From Octopus bimaculoides (taxonomy: Eukaryota), in contig NC_068982.1 in assembly GCF_001194135.2 (NCBI RefSeq), forward strand, positions 59,977,787 to 60,011,235: a DNA stretch of 33,449 nt. The letters are read 5' to 3'. Position 1 is the first letter of the stretch. Every line of letters starts with the position of its first letter. Made by a program: the position numbers and the translations under genes. The notes below the pieces were generated by a model. That model was not told the DNA's origin and ran no database searches. It worked only from the letters and a program-made list of their open reading frames with translations. Shown here in pieces: positions 33,445 to 33,449 of this stretch.

Positions 33445-33449
33445 TATAC

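Noticed and set aside
1-33449. CRISPR arrays, operons, rRNA or prokaryotic defence systems
   Set aside because: No regularly spaced repeat-spacer array, no long ORFs and no rRNA-like sequence; the composition and repeats are those of an animal nuclear genome.

Overview
AT-rich, microsatellite-dense eukaryotic genomic DNA, mostly intronic or intergenic, with five assembly gaps that all sit in TA-rich microsatellites. The repeat families match what I recall of Octopus (coleoid cephalopod) SINE, RTE-LINE and MITE families; this organism call is an inference, not a database result. Almost all ORFs in the supplied track are microsatellite or repeat artefacts. Supportable content: several copies of two tRNA-like SINE families; 3' fragments of several distinct RTE-clade LINEs (the best is a ~770 bp BovB/RTE-1-like end with a C2H2 finger); an R4/Dong-like restriction-endonuclease-type LINE fragment; a Tc1-like transposase fragment with DD37E spacing; hAT-, piggyBac- and Tc1/mariner-type MITEs with recognisable TIRs and TSDs; a decayed tRNA-Ala(UGC); and an inverted pair of Penelope-like terminal repeats, each with a minimal hammerhead-ribozyme-like core. 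Several short minus-strand segments with canonical splice sites hint at a large-intron host gene that I cannot identify. I see no unambiguous new biological system. The best leads are the hammerhead pair, the multi-layer nested insertion and inverted-repeat (dsRNA) structures, and the exon-like segments (stop-containing exon, microexons, a recursive-splice-like site).
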